Positions 15,245 through 28,173 of a DNA stretch of 64,000 nt are shown here, one piece after another; position 1 is the stretch's first letter, and the number at the start of each line of letters is the position of its first letter. The notes below the pieces were generated by a model. It did not search any database. It was not told the DNA's origin and was given only the letters and a program-made list of their open reading frames with translations. Source of the DNA: the human T2T-CHM13v2.0 reference genome, Homo sapiens; assembly GCF_009914755.1 (NCBI RefSeq), contig NC_060948.1; one strand, given 5' to 3'. Both the position numbers and the translations under genes were made by a program.

Positions 15245-17178
15245 TCCAGACCAACCACTCCAGAGAAACTATAATGACTGAGCCATATCAGCGACCTGAG
15301 AAACTAAAAATTCTAAAAACACAAAACAATCTGCACAAAAGACTACTACCACAGCCTCCCAGGAGAACTTGACCTGCTCTACATTCTCACAGAGATGAAA
15401 GGGCCCATCCAAGTAGAAATTTCAAGTAATCTCTAAGTAGGTTACCTGCTACCTTTTATGTATATAAAATAAGTACACTTTCTTCAGGTTTATGTGAGTA
15501 TTGTTTCACATAATAAATCCCACTGAGTACTCAGACACCCTCTGAACTTGTAAAAATGCTGCCTGTTAACTTATCAATGTTGTTGCTGTCTAATGAAGGA
15601 TAAGCAATAATTGTTTATAAAATTTTAATGCTTGTCTTAGTGCTTCTTTATTTAATCTTTTAAAAATTCAGTCAGCTACTGTTTACGTGTGTACTATTAA
15701 TATGTCCTCTCTTTAGAACCTGATAAAAAGAAAGCTGGACATAAGAATGCTTTTACTACTATGGTTTCCATAAGGATAAACTTGGACAGAAACTGTTAGT
15801 ACATTCTAAAGCATATATTTAGTAAAATAATATGCTATCACCAGTAATTTTATTACTAAGCTAATTAAGTTTTGTATCTAAGATGAATGGGATTATTAGA
15901 AATTAATTACTTGAATAAAGAGAATGCATTCATGTTTTAGTATGAACTTTAGTATGCCAATTTTCTAAAGAGTTCGGTTAATGTTACTCATTCATCATTC
16001 TGTTCCACAGTTTGTTGAGCATGTACTGCACATTTGGAAATTGGAGATCCATAGGTTGATGCACAATATATGAAAACTACCTTCTCTGACATAAAAAATA
16101 TTACACATTTTTATGTCAAACACAAGCATGATATGAAAACATACTTTTAACGACACTTTCAAGTCTAAACTCTCCTGAAACTGACATTCATTCAAATTTC
16201 TCAATAAGCTTACACACACAATTTTTATCCTAGCATCCATTGTTTTCCATACCATTCTGCAATTAAAATATTTCACTGCAAAATCTACTCAATATTGTAT
16301 TTTCCTCTGCACCGTTTCTTCATGCCAGAGAAAATGAAGTAATGTAAGGAAAAGCTACAAGAGATTGGAGAGAAAGTGTAACACGAGCTGAGCCCTGAAA
16401 GGAGAATGGAACTCCAACCAATTGTAGAAAGGATTCGACTCTCAGGCAAAGGAACTTAGAATCAATTTCATGGTAACCTCAGAACCTTCATATTTTCTCT
16501 TTCTGTCTTACTTTCTTTTGTGCAAGTCCTTTCTTAGTTTCCAGGTGTGGGAGCTTTGCCTGCATTGTTACTTTGATTCAGAAGTCATCAAAAAATTTTT
16601 AAAAAGAGTTTCAATCCAGCAGTTAATAGATGGAATATGAATAAGAAACCAGCAAGGATTGTTTTTATTTTGTTTTATTTTATTTTTTCCTACTTTCATA
16701 AAGCTAAGTGAAACACTTCAGATTTAAGAAATTCTCCTCTTTCCTGGAGCAAAATTAAGCTCTAAAGTTCAGAGGCAAGTAGAAAATCAAGCATCACTTC
16801 CCCTCTGACTACAAGCAAAAGAAAACAAACCTTGCAGCCAGGATAGCAGGAATCTGGCTGGGTAAAACCGCATCAAAGCTGCTCTGTAGATCAACCAGCG
16901 ATGCATCTCAAGTGGTAATCTGGGAGCATGCCACCACCATAACGCTTTCAACCCTAGTAAGCAAATACCCACTTCTAAGATGAAATCTGTCTTCTTTGAG
17001 TAACCCTCAGAGCCCATAATGTTGTCAAACCAAAAAGAAAGCATCTTTTCTCATCCTATTCCCATTATAAATTAGACATGTTTTGTAAATAAATACTGCT
17101 TAACATTGCCTAGTTTCTAACCCATGCAAAAGTTTTATAGGTTCTAAAGTTATGTGCATTCTGAGATAGGTATACTAA

Positions 17179-17817
17179 TGCAATACCTAAACTTGTTTTT
17201 ACTAACCTTGCTTTTACTAACCTTGTTTTTAGACTCTCCCTTTCTCCCTTAATCACCTAGCCTTGTTTCCATGTGAATATGCTCTCCCTTAGCTATGAAA
17301 GCCAGACGAACTCCATTTGGCTCCTTCATTTACAAGATATCAAGGACTCCTTACCCACCCCCTTTCCTCAAGGAGTTAACTTGTGTAAGCTGATTGTCTA
17401 CGCATCAAAGAGTCCAATTAACTGAAGCAAGCAATGCACAAAGCAAGGTACTGAAGCAAGCAATGTACAAAGTTCCCAGGATTTCACTCAAGAGATAACA
17501 CCATAAAGCCTTGAGTTTGTGTTCAGCAGAGCCACCATACCTGACATCTTATAATATATTTAGAGCCCCTGCACCTGGAACTGTTTATTTCTCTGTAACC
17601 ATTTGTCTTTTTAATTTTTTGCATGTTTTTACTTCTGTAGAATTGTTGCAACTGAGCCCCCTTCCCCTTCCTAAACCAAGGTATAAAGGAAAATCAAGCC
17701 CCTTCCTCGGGGCCGAGAGAATTCTGAGCGTTATCCGCCTCTCGGCTGCCGGCTAAATAAAGGACCCTTAAATTCATTTCAAAGTGTGACATTCCTCTAA
17801 CTCGCTTGGGTACAACA
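17179..17817 (+). mobile_element. Solo LTR, LTR6 family (HERV-S71/ERV1)
   Basis: TG...CA termini, 4-bp TSD CTAA, TATAAA at 17682, AATAAA at 17756, end gggtacaaca. Confidence 0.8.
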
Positions 17818-18415
17818 CTAATGGAAAATGTATCATGATATGCTGTATACCTTTTCAAAGGTAAAATAAATATATAATTGCAGAACCATATATTAATCTT
17901 TCAGAGGTATACAGAGAAATGCAGAGGCATGCAATTAAACCTATGATGAATATAAATAAATGAGAAAAAGGAAGAAAAATCACAGACTGTAGTGATATAA
18001 TAAGAGTCATAGTTGTTTTCTTTTACTTTCATGTTTGTAAAAACGTAGTAATTGTTGGGTACCTGAAAATGTGATACTAATTCCCTTAATTACATGGTAC
18101 TAAATATTTTCTTCCAAGGTTTTTATAGCCTTTAGTTTAGACAAAATTAAGTTTACCTGATGCAAATCATTTTAAAGGAGAATTTGTTTAGCAAATACTA
18201 CTTTGTAATTGTAGGAAAAGTTTTTTTAATTATAATTTGTTTACATTGATCAATTTTAAAACTAGTGGAAATTTTGAATAAAGACACTTCCTGTGAAAAA
18301 AGAAAACAGCTCAGTGTATATTATATCTAAAATGCTACTAGCTTGCTTCTCCTTCTAAAAGACATAAATCTTAATCATGAGGAATAATTTTCAAATATAC
18401 TCTTAAGAAGTACAA

Positions 18416-19227
18416 AAATGGTTTGGGAAAACTGGCTAGCCATATGCAGAAAACTGAAACTGGACTTCTTCCTTGCACCACTTACAAAAGTCCACTCAAG
18501 ATAGATCAAAGACTTAAATGTTACAACTAGGACCTTTAAAATCCTAGAAGAAAACCTGGTCAATGCTATTCAGGACAAAGGCATGGGCAAAGAATTCATG
18601 TCCAAAACACTGAAAGCAACAGCAACAAAAGACAGAATTGACAAACGGGATCTAATTAAACTAAAGAGCTACTGCACAGCCAAAGAAACTGTCATCGGAG
18701 TGAACAGCCAACCTACGAAATGGGAGAAAATTTTGCAATCTATTCATCTGACAAAGGGCCGATATCCAGAATCTACAAAGAACTTACACCAATGTACAAG
18801 AATAAAACAAATAACCCCATCAAAAAGTGGGCAAAGGATATGAACAGACACTACTCAAAAGAAGACATTTATGCAGCCAGCAGATACATGAAAAAATGCT
18901 CATTATCACTGGTCACTAGAAAAATGCAAATCAATCCACAATGAGATATCATCTCTCTCCAGTTAGAATGGCAATCATTAAAATGTCAGGAAACAACAGA
19001 TCCTGGAGAGCTTGTGGAAAAATAGGAATGCTTTTACGCCGTCAGTGGAAGCGTAAATTAGTCCAACCATTGTCGAAGACAGTGTGGCAATTCCTCAAAG
19101 ATCTAGAACTGGAAATATCATTTGACCCAGCAACCCCATTACTGGGCATATACCAAAGGATTATAAATCATTCTATGATAAAGACATGTATGTTTATTGT
19201 GGCACTATTCACAATAGAAAGACTTGG
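18416..19227 (+). mobile_element. L1PA ORF2 3' fragment, truncated at both ends
   Basis: ORF2 C-terminal peptides ([33 protein letters not shown]) with frameshifts; no 3'UTR or polyA. Confidence 0.93.
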
Positions 19228-19350
19228 ACTCCCAAAAAAAAGGTGAAGAAAGGAACCGCATGGTTAACTCACTGAGTAATCAGTAAGTCATTGGTCCGCA
19301 CTTGAGGTCACAAAGCTCTGGGGGAAGTTGGTTCAAGCTGAGTTTTCATT

Positions 19351-20900
19351 ATAAGACAACAGTTATCAGCACCTCAGAAACAGTATATAAAAGTATTAAA
19401 ACAGTTGCTTACGGCTAGCGGGGCTTCAGTTTCCCAGGTTCAATTAATGAAATTAATATAAACTTTGGTCATATAATCCATGGTTCCCAGAAGAAGGAAT
19501 GCTAGACGTAGAACTCTGGGAACAAGTAGGGAGAAATCTTAAACAATGTTATGCACAGGGTCGTCAGGTCCCAGCATCAGCTTTAACATGGCGGGCTTTA
19601 CTAAGGATGGTTTAGTCCCATTATACACAGAAGAGCCTAAAAATGAGAAGGAGGGAGAAACATCACCTGCCTTATCACCTCCTTTTCCCTCAGTCCCACT
19701 ATCACCGGGCCAAAATAACAAAGAGTAAATGGAGGGTTTGCCTGAGCCCCGTCTTACTGTAAGTAGAAAAAAAGGCAAGAAACATACTTCAGCTATGGGA
19801 CCTTGTCTTAAACAAGTGGCATTAGAAGGAGAGCTCTTAGCCTGTCCAGTAATGCAAGACCAACATGGTAATCAAGTACATGAACCCATTTCCTTTCACT
19901 CTTATAAACAATGAAGAAAAAGCATTAAAGAAAATGGAGCCACTAGACCATTTACAAAAGGAATGATTGGGGCCTTAGCAGACCAATTCTGTGTGGGCCC
20001 ATGGGACTGGTCAATGCTAGCTAAAGCAACTCTGGAGCCTAGCCCATTCCTCCTCTGGAAGGCAGGATATGGACGGCTTGTGCAAACAACAAGCCAACCA
20101 GAATCAGGCAGCCGGGCAAAATATAATAGCTGATAAGCTCCAAGGGAGGTGTCCTCATGCTGATGTATAAAAACAACTAAATTTTGATCCCCAGGCCTTT
20201 GCTGAAGTGTCTGTGTGCTCTCAGAGCTTGGGACCAAATTCCCAAGACCAGAGTTCAGCAGAGGTCTTTTGTAAATGTTTGACAAGGGACTTAGGAGCCA
20301 TTTGTTGAGTTTATGGATCCGTTAACTCAGGCAATTAAGAGGCAAATTAGTCACACCCAGGCCACTCCTATCTTATTGCTGCAACTGGCTTTTGAAAACG
20401 CTAATGTGGATTGCCAGCAGGCAATGGCAGGCAATCAAAGGAAAGGCAAGCACCATCCAGGAGCTCATATAAGTGCCTCACCTGGTAGGAACTGAGACAA
20501 ACAAGGCCAGAATATTAGCTATGTCATTAAGCCCTCCGAAAGTGAAAAGGGAGAGACACCAAAATTGTTTTCTATGTGGAGTGAAAGGTCATGTGAAGAG
20601 GCAATGCCCCCCTAGTGATAACCGAGCTAACTCAGGGAAAGAACCCTCTTCTATATGTTCCGAATGTAGGAAATGGAAACATTAGGCAAATCAATGCAGG
20701 TCTAAATTTGATAAAAATGGCAATCTCATAGGAAATCAGTCGAGAAACTTCATGAGGGGCCAGCCCCAAGCCCTGATCCCAACTGGGACAATGCCGACAG
20801 CTTTCCTTGGTCAGCTGGAAAGCCCACAGTTCTCTCTCTTAGAGCAGCCACTACTGGGAGTGCATGACTGGACTTTCTCTGCCCTGCCAAATTAGTGCTA
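19351..20900 (+). pseudogene. gag: ERV gag remnant
   Basis: Probable start ATGGGACAA mutated to ATAAGACAA; NPWFPEEG matrix motif, LQLAFENANVDCQ capsid motif, zinc knuckles CFLCGVKGHVKRQC (20566-20607) and CSECRKWKH*ANQC (20656-20697); many stops. Confidence 0.88.
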
Positions 20901-22185
20901 AAAGAGGGAGAAAGCCCTAAAATGGTTGAGACTGGGATCTGTGGCCCGCTGCCTCTAGGAACAGCAGGATTAGTCCTTGGGCAGCCTAGCCTATCCAGTA
21001 AAGGAATTAATATGCTCTCTGGGGTAATTGATAGTGATGACCAAGATCAGATATTGGTTATAATGGAATATAAAGGTCTGCATATTCTTCCCCCTGGATC
21101 AAAAATAGCTTAGTGAAAGACTTTACCATAGTGAGACCCTAATACCCATGGGAAGGAAAGGGGAAAGGGAAGTTTTGGAAGCACAGGAGCTACAGGAATA
21201 TATTGGAATCAATTAATCACTGATCGGAGACCCATGATTACCTTAAAACTTGGTAATAATAATTTTACTGGCTTATTGGACACAGGGGTTGACATTTCAG
21301 TCATTAGTGATCAGAACTGGCCAGAAATTTGGACTTGGATCACTGAGAAATAGAAAATTGTCAGCATCGGGGAAGCACACACAGCCAAACAGAGCACACA
21401 CCCCTGAACATGCTATGATTCAGAAGGAAGAAAGGCAGTTATACAACCTCTGATCACGCCCATTGTTATACCCAGATGAGTGAGAGAAAACGCCGCACTT
21501 TGAGATGAATTATTTAAGCCAGCGGCCAAAGAGATGGCTAATGCTCAAAATTCTCTCAGCCCCGAGGAATGGGCTTGATTAACTTTTATACTTTGGTTTA
21601 GGAAGGGGAGGGGAACTCAAATGCAATAATTCTACAGAAGTAAAAACATGCAAGAATCAAAGAAACAAATGGTTACAGAGAGACAAACAATTTAAAAGAC
21701 AAATGGTTACAAAAAAAGCAGTGTAACCAGGTGTGGGGCTCTAAATCCTTCATTAGAGTTAGATATAGATGTTATGCCAGGCATGGTCTCAAGGCTTTAT
21801 GTTGTTATTTCTTTGAGTAAAATCCTGGGAACTTCTTACATTGTTTGTTTCAGTACCTTATCAGTTAATTGGGCTCCTTCCATATGCTGAGGATCTGCTT
21901 ACACAGGTTAACTCCTTGAGGAAGGGGTTGGGTAAGGACCCCTTAATGTCTGGTAAATCAGGAAGCCACATGGAGTTTGTCTGGCTTTCCCAGACAAGAG
22001 GAAGTCTTACTTGTATGGGAAAAACAAGGCTGGGTAACTAAGGAGACAAGCAAGGAAAATTTAAAAGTAACGCATTAGAGTAAAAACAAGGTTAGGCACT
22101 ACACCTATCCCTGTTAATCTCTGGGGATGGGAATTATTAGCGCAATTGTTGGGGGGCGGGGCACACTGCAAACCCCTTTCTAACA
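20860..22185 (+). pseudogene. pro: ERV pro remnant (dUTPase + aspartic protease), split by an LTR6 insertion
   Basis: dUTPase motifs GLVLG...GVIDSD and GSFGSTG; protease FTGLLDTGVDISVI near 21265; ITP|IPVNLWG rejoins across the insertion. Confidence 0.85.
21464..22103 (-). mobile_element. Solo LTR, LTR6 family, nested in ERV pro
   Basis: TG...CA termini; homologous in reverse to the 17179-17817 LTR; 5-bp TSD cccat/cctat with one mismatch. Confidence 0.8.
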
Positions 22186-24658
22186 ATGACCACTGTGGTT
22201 ATTCCTCCGCTACCTCTGACTTGGCTCTCTCAAGATCCGGTCTGCTTAGAAGAGTGGCCTCTGAAGGTAGAGAAACTACAGAGGATTCATGTGTTAGTTG
22301 AGGAGCAGTTAAAGGCTGGACATCTTGAACATTCTACCAGCCCCAGGAATTTGCCTATTTTCATCATTGCCAAAAAGTCTGTGAAATGGAGGCTTTTACA
22401 TGACTGATGTGCTATTAATGCTAATTTACAGCCCCTGGGACTCCTTCAAAGGGCCTCCCCTCCCCAGCAGCAATCCCTCAAGATTGACCTATAATTGTTA
22501 TTGACTTAAAAGATTGCTTCTATACCATTTATCCGATGTCCACCCCTGTGTCCAATAAGCCAGTAAAACAGAACAGGAGAGAGAAAAATTTCCATTTACA
22601 AAACCAGCTATCAATAATGAAAATCCAGCTTGTCAATTTTATTAGAAAATGCTTCCTCAAAGGATGCTAAATAGTCCTACCATGTGTCAGTTTCATGTAA
22701 ATCAATCTTTGCTCTCTAGTAGAAAAGAATTTCCTGACTATAAAATTATTCATCCTATGGATGATATTCTACTAGTAGCTCCAAATGGGCCAACACTTTT
22801 AAATTTGTTTACTTCTGTCATAAAGAATGCACAGCTGAGAAGTTTAGTCATTGCACCTGGAAAAGTACAAATGTCCAATGCTCTCTCCTTGGAAATAAAT
22901 TGGATATCTGTTAACCTCCCAGTCAGTAAGACCTCAAAAGGTTAAACTAAATACTAGCAAATTACACACATTAAGTAATTATCAGAAATTACTGGGTGAT
23001 ATTACCTGGCTCCATCCCATTTTAGGAATTCTTACTAATAAACTACAAAACCTTTTTTCTATCTTAAAAGGCAATCCAGCTCTTGATTCTTCCAGATATT
23101 TAATCCCTGCAGCAACAAGAGAAATTGAGGAAATGGAGCTAGCCATCTCTCAGAGGCAGCTAGATCATATTGATCTATGATATTCAATTCAGTTGTTTGT
23201 ATTTCCCAACAAACACTCCCCTACAGGGTTACTAGGACAAATGACCCCTGGGCTACATTTCCTAAAATGGGTTTTTTGTTCACATACTGGAAGTAAAACA
23301 CTGTCTCTCTATATTCACTTAATTACTAAAGTCATCTATTCAGGTTGCAAACATTGCAGTCAGTTACTAGGTTATGACCCTGATGTCATCAGGATTCCTT
23401 TAAGTAAAAAGCAATTTGAAGCAGTATTACCTTTGGCAATAGACCTGCAAATAGCTTTCTCTGATTACACAGGGCAAATAGAGCACATCCTCCCTACTGA
23501 TGAAGTCCTTCATTTCTTATCTCACACTCTGATAATAATGCCTATAAAAATAATTTACACCCCCATGCCTAATCCTTTAACACTGTTTACTGAGGGGTCT
23601 GCTAAACATGGAAAAGTGGCAGTCTGGAGGAGACCACACTATTCAATCACTTGAACTGGGTTTACTAGCATGCAGAGAGCTGCAACTGGGGCTCTGAGTT
23701 TGGTTGGCCTTAGAAACTTTTTCCACTCAGCCCATAAATATAGTTAGGTGATTCTGCATACTCTGTTTATTTGTTACAAAACTTTGAAACAGCACTGATT
23801 AAGTCCACTCTGGAGCCAGCTCTGTTTACTCTTTTTCTCTGACTTAAACAATTCTAGACTAATGTTCACATCCTATTTTTACTACACACATTCGAGCCCA
23901 CAGCCCACTCCCTGGCCCATTGGCTTATGGCAACGAACAAGCAGACCTTCAGGTTATGACATCACTGCTAGACCAAGCCACCCAATCACATCAATTTTTC
24001 CACCAAAATTGGAGAAATTTATCTAAACCATTTTCAACTTACCCAGAGGCTAGCTAAACAAATTATCCTACAATGCCCAGATTTCCAGCGCACAGGCACG
24101 CCCCCTCCTTCTACAGGTGTGAACCCTACAGGATTCGAACCTAATCAGTTGTGGCAAACAGATGTTACAGACATCCCTGAATTTGGGAAACTAAGATATG
24201 TGCATATATCCATTGATACCAACAGTCATTTAATCAGTGCACATGCTTTGCCTGGAGAGCCTACTCAATATGTCATTAAACATCTTCTTTTAACTTTTGC
24301 ATTTATGGGATGACCCACAAAAATGAACACTTTTAATGGTCCAGCTTATACCAGCTCACGATTTCAACAATTTTGTCACAGGTGGAAACTCCAACATTCC
24401 ACAGGCATCCCATATAACCCCCAAGGATAGGCAATAGTAGAACACAGACACTTCACCCTTAAAAATGTGCACTAATAACAGAGACAGGGTAATATAAGTA
24501 AGCACGCTGCAACACTACTGGCACAGGCCTTATTTACCCTTAATGTTTTAAATTCAGATGACAAATTTCAATCAGTTGTAGAAAAGCACTTTGCTAAAAC
24601 CTCTCAAGGCATAAAACCTGCAGTTTTATGGAAAGATGTAAACAGTAATGAATGGTGT

Positions 24659-26210
24659 TGAGAGGTGAGAGCGTGCTGGCAGTCCTCAGAGCCCTCGCTT
24701 GCTCTCGGCACCTCCCCTGCCTGGGCTCCCACTTTGGTGGCATTTGAGGAGCCCTTCAGTCCCCCACTTCACTGTGGGAGTCCCTTTCCAGGCTGGCCAA
24801 GGCCGGAGCCCACTACCTCAGCTTGCAGGGAGGTGTGGAGGGAGACGCACGAGCGGGAACCGGGGCTGTGTGCCGTGCTTGCGGGCCAGCTGGGGTTCCG
24901 GGTGGGCGTGGGCTTGGTGGGCCCCACACTCGGAGCAGCCGGCCAGCCCTGCTGGCCCCAGGCAATGGGGGACTTAGCACCCGAGCCAGTGGCTGCGGAG
25001 GGTGTACTGAGTGCCCCAGCCGGGCTGGCTCACCGGCACTGCGCTTGATTTCTCGCCGGGCCTTACCTGCCTTCCCATGGGGCAGGGCTCGGGACCTGCA
25101 GCCCGCCATGCCTGAGCCTCCCACCCACTCCATGGGCTCCTGTGCGGCCCGAGCCTCCCCGATGAGCACCACCCCCTGCTCCACGGCACCCAGTCCCATC
25201 GACCACCCAAGGGCTGAGGAATGTGAGCGCACGGCGCAGGACTGGCAGGCAGCTCCACCTGCAGCCCCGGTGTGGGATCCACTAGGTGAAGCCAGCTGGG
25301 CTCCTGAGTCTGGTGGGGACATGGAGAGCCTTTATATCTAGCTCAGGGATTGTAAATACACCAATCAGCACCCTGTGTTTAGCTCAAGGTTTGTGAGTGC
25401 ACCAATCAACACTCTGTATCTAGCTGCTCTGGTGAGGACGTGGAGAACCTTTATGTCTAGCTCAGGGATTGTAAATACACCAATCGGCACTCTGTATCTA
25501 GCTCTAGGATTGTAAATACACCAGTCAGCACCCTGTGTTTAGCTCAAGGTTTGTGAGTGCACCAGTCAACACTCTGTATCTAGCTGCTCTGGTGGGGCCT
25601 TGGAGAACCTGTGTGACAAAACTCTGTATCTAACTAATCTGATGGGGACGTGGAGAACCTTTGTATCTAGCTCAGGGATTGTAAAGGCACCAATCAGCAC
25701 CCTGACAAAACAGGCCACTCGGCTCTACCAATCAGCAGGATGTGGGTGGGGCCAGATAAGAGAATAAAAGCAGGCTGCCTCCGGAGCCAGCATTGGCAAC
25801 CTGCTCGGGTCCCCTTCCACACTGTGGAAGCTTTGTTCTTTCGCTCTTTGCAATAAATCTTGTTACTGCTCACTCTTTGTGTCCACGCTGCTTTTATGAG
25901 CTGTAACACTCACTGCGAAGATCTACAGCTTCACTCCTGAGCCTGGCAAGACCACGAGCCCACCGGGAGGAACCAACAACTCCAGACGCGCTACCTTAAG
26001 AGCTGTAACACTCACCGTGAAGGTCTGCAGCTTCACGCCTGATCCAGCAAGATCACGAACCCACCAGAAGGAAGAAACTCCGAACACATCTGAACATCAG
26101 AAGGGACAGACTCCAGACGCGCCACCTTAAGAGCTGCAACACTCACCGCGAGGGTCCGTGGCTTCATTCTTGAAGTCAGTGAGACCAAGAACCCACCAAT
26201 TCTGGACACA
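24659..26210 (+). mobile_element. Solo LTR12C (ERV9) nested in ERV integrase
   Basis: Starts tgagaggtga, ends ggacaca, perfect 4-bp TSD GTGT; GC/CpG-rich 5' part, tandem CCAAT-containing U3 repeats, repeated gagctgtaacactcac in U5. Confidence 0.95.
25330..25790 (+). promoter_or_regulatory. LTR12C U3 enhancer repeats and core promoter
   Basis: Repeated tctagctcagggattgtaaatacaccaatc units (CCAAT/NF-Y boxes), then ccaatc, gtgggtgggg, agataa and the AATAAAA TATA-like element near 25763. Confidence 0.75.
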
Positions 26211-26309
26211 GTGTGGTCTTAATGAATTATTAACATGGGGGAGAGGGTAGGCTTGTGTTTACACCCCCTCAAGTCCTCTTTGGATTCCAGCACGAGGCAT
26301 CAAACCATA

Positions 26310-28100
26310 ACATGGCATGGCTAGGGTCCAATCTAGTACCGGAATTGAAAGAGTTAACCCAGTAAGACCCACAGTTCCAGAGGAGGCTGAACAAATCCTG
26401 CTCCAGACACAGGCACCATTTACTCCAGTTATTTTGTTTCTTTCTATGCTATCTATTGTACAATGCGACTCACATAGGGTATTGATCATTTTTATACTCT
26501 CGCTTTGCCTGCAAACTGTACCTGCTACACTCTATTGGGCTCATTAAAATATGAGCCCTAAATATGAGCCTAAAATGGCCCACTTTTCTTTCACCCTGTC
26601 ACCTGGGCAGATAACTCCCTTCCCACTCTGTAACAACATGACTGCTTGGCTAGGACGGATAGATTTACACCAAGTAGGGTCCCTCAATAATAACACACAT
26701 TTCCCTAAGGTGCCAGATAACACTATATAGCACTACACTATCCTCTCACCGCTTCTAAGTTATAAAGGCTCTAACCCTTACTGTGTAACTGCTCCAAGAC
26801 AAGTATGGGTACATCATGGCAAAAAAAGTGCCTTAACAGTTTTAGCTACAGATAACCTCAAACTGGGCAATGCAATCCATGCTGCTTTCCCAAATATTCC
26901 TTTCCGTACTAAAGAACAGAGCCAAGAAAATAATGGATTTCACTTTAGCTGGGAAGTCTCATAGTCTCTGGTTGGGCAATTAAAACATCTTAGAGTGGAG
27001 TCTCCATGGCCAACTGCAGGGCACGCTTACAAATGTCTTTCTGCATCGTAGCATTAACCACAATATTTTATAGCCATGTCTCGTTCCCCTGTAATTTGGG
27101 CCGATGGAGGGATGGGATATCCCCAGACCCTGAGTAAACCCCATACCAACCCAAGGCACCTTATGGCACCTGGGACATCTTAGCACCTCTCTTAACACCT
27201 GCTATGGGAGATATCATAATTCCAGGCTCAACTACACTATAGCCTTTATTCATACTCACACTGATCAGTGCCTGGTTTGCACTACCCATCCATATGTTTT
27301 CCTTACAGGAACTAACATTTCCATTACACCTGGAAATGCCACATTTGTGACCCGGGTGCAGGGACAGGCTTGGTTTGCCTCATGTATCACTGGTCATGAT
27401 ATGTCTAGTTTAAAAACTTCCAGTGTCGTGGTATTAAGGAGACAATCTGAGGCACTTCTACCAGCCAATTTGACATGCAATTGGCAAGATTCTTCTGCCC
27501 TTGCCACCTTAGAAAGTGCCCTGTCCCAGGTCAGACACAAAAGATTCACATTTACACTTATGGTCTTTACAGGCTCAGCCATAGTCATTATGGCAACTGT
27601 TAGCATTGCTGTTGTATCTATTACTGAATCAGTACAAACAACTGCTTTTGTAGATAATCTGGCCAAAAATATATGTGATGAACTTCTCCTACAGTAAGGA
27701 AAGAGTATGCGGGAGAGCCACAAGATGCACTAGCATTCTGTCAACAGTGAAAATGTGAATGGCAACATAAACATACCTGTGTCACTTCTCTACCATGGAA
27801 CCAATTAATGTATAGCTAGGGTGAGGTGAAACAACACCTCTGGGGAACCTTTTATAACAGTTTAACTGCAGACATGAAGCAAGTTAAAACTAAAATTTTA
27901 AAATCTGTTCACACCACAGATCTGCACACCCAACAGCCATGTGGAAGGGAGTACAAGATCATCTCTCCTACTTGGACCCTAACTCCTGGGGGATACTCTT
28001 TGACTGGAAAAGATTTTTGCTAATTATGCTCATGTTTGTCTTATGTTATTTGCTAATCCTAGGATGCAAAGTCTAAATAAGAGCAGTGACTGCCTCATCT
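26310..28100 (+). pseudogene. env: ERV env remnant
   Basis: Hydrophobic signal-like segment (VLIIFILSLCLQTVPATLYWAH), furin site RHKR near 27533 followed by a hydrophobic fusion peptide, degenerate TM; stops and indels. Confidence 0.82.
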
Positions 28101-28173
28101 GAAAATCCTGTGGCTGCACATATCTGTGCTCTGCAATCAAAAAACCCTAATAAAGAAAACAAAAATGGGGAAA

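Larger units (their letters stand above)
22170..26345 (+). pseudogene. pol: ERV pol remnant (RT, RNase H, integrase), split by LTR12C
   Basis: KWRLLHD, DLKDCF, LPQRMLNSP, PMDD (decayed YMDD, 22754-22765), WQTDVT integrase core; TWGRG*ACV resumes after the LTR12C; many stops and frameshifts. Confidence 0.9.

Noticed and set aside
24665-25341. Cluster of overlapping 90-170 aa GC-rich ORFs resembling a CpG-island gene
   Set aside because: Entirely inside the GC-rich U3 of LTR12C; stop-poor in all frames because of composition.
25330-25740. Repeat-spacer-like array
   Set aside because: These are the LTR12 U3 tandem repeats, and the intervening segments also repeat. Not CRISPR.
27347-27697. 116-aa env ORF as a possible co-opted Env
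   Set aside because: Non-ATG start, no in-frame signal peptide, and a stop before the TM anchor.
19351-28100. APOBEC3-type G>A hypermutation of the provirus (ATGG>ATAA start, several TGG>TAG/TGA)
   Set aside because: Many TGG codons remain intact throughout gag, pro and pol; ordinary decay is sufficient without a formal context test.
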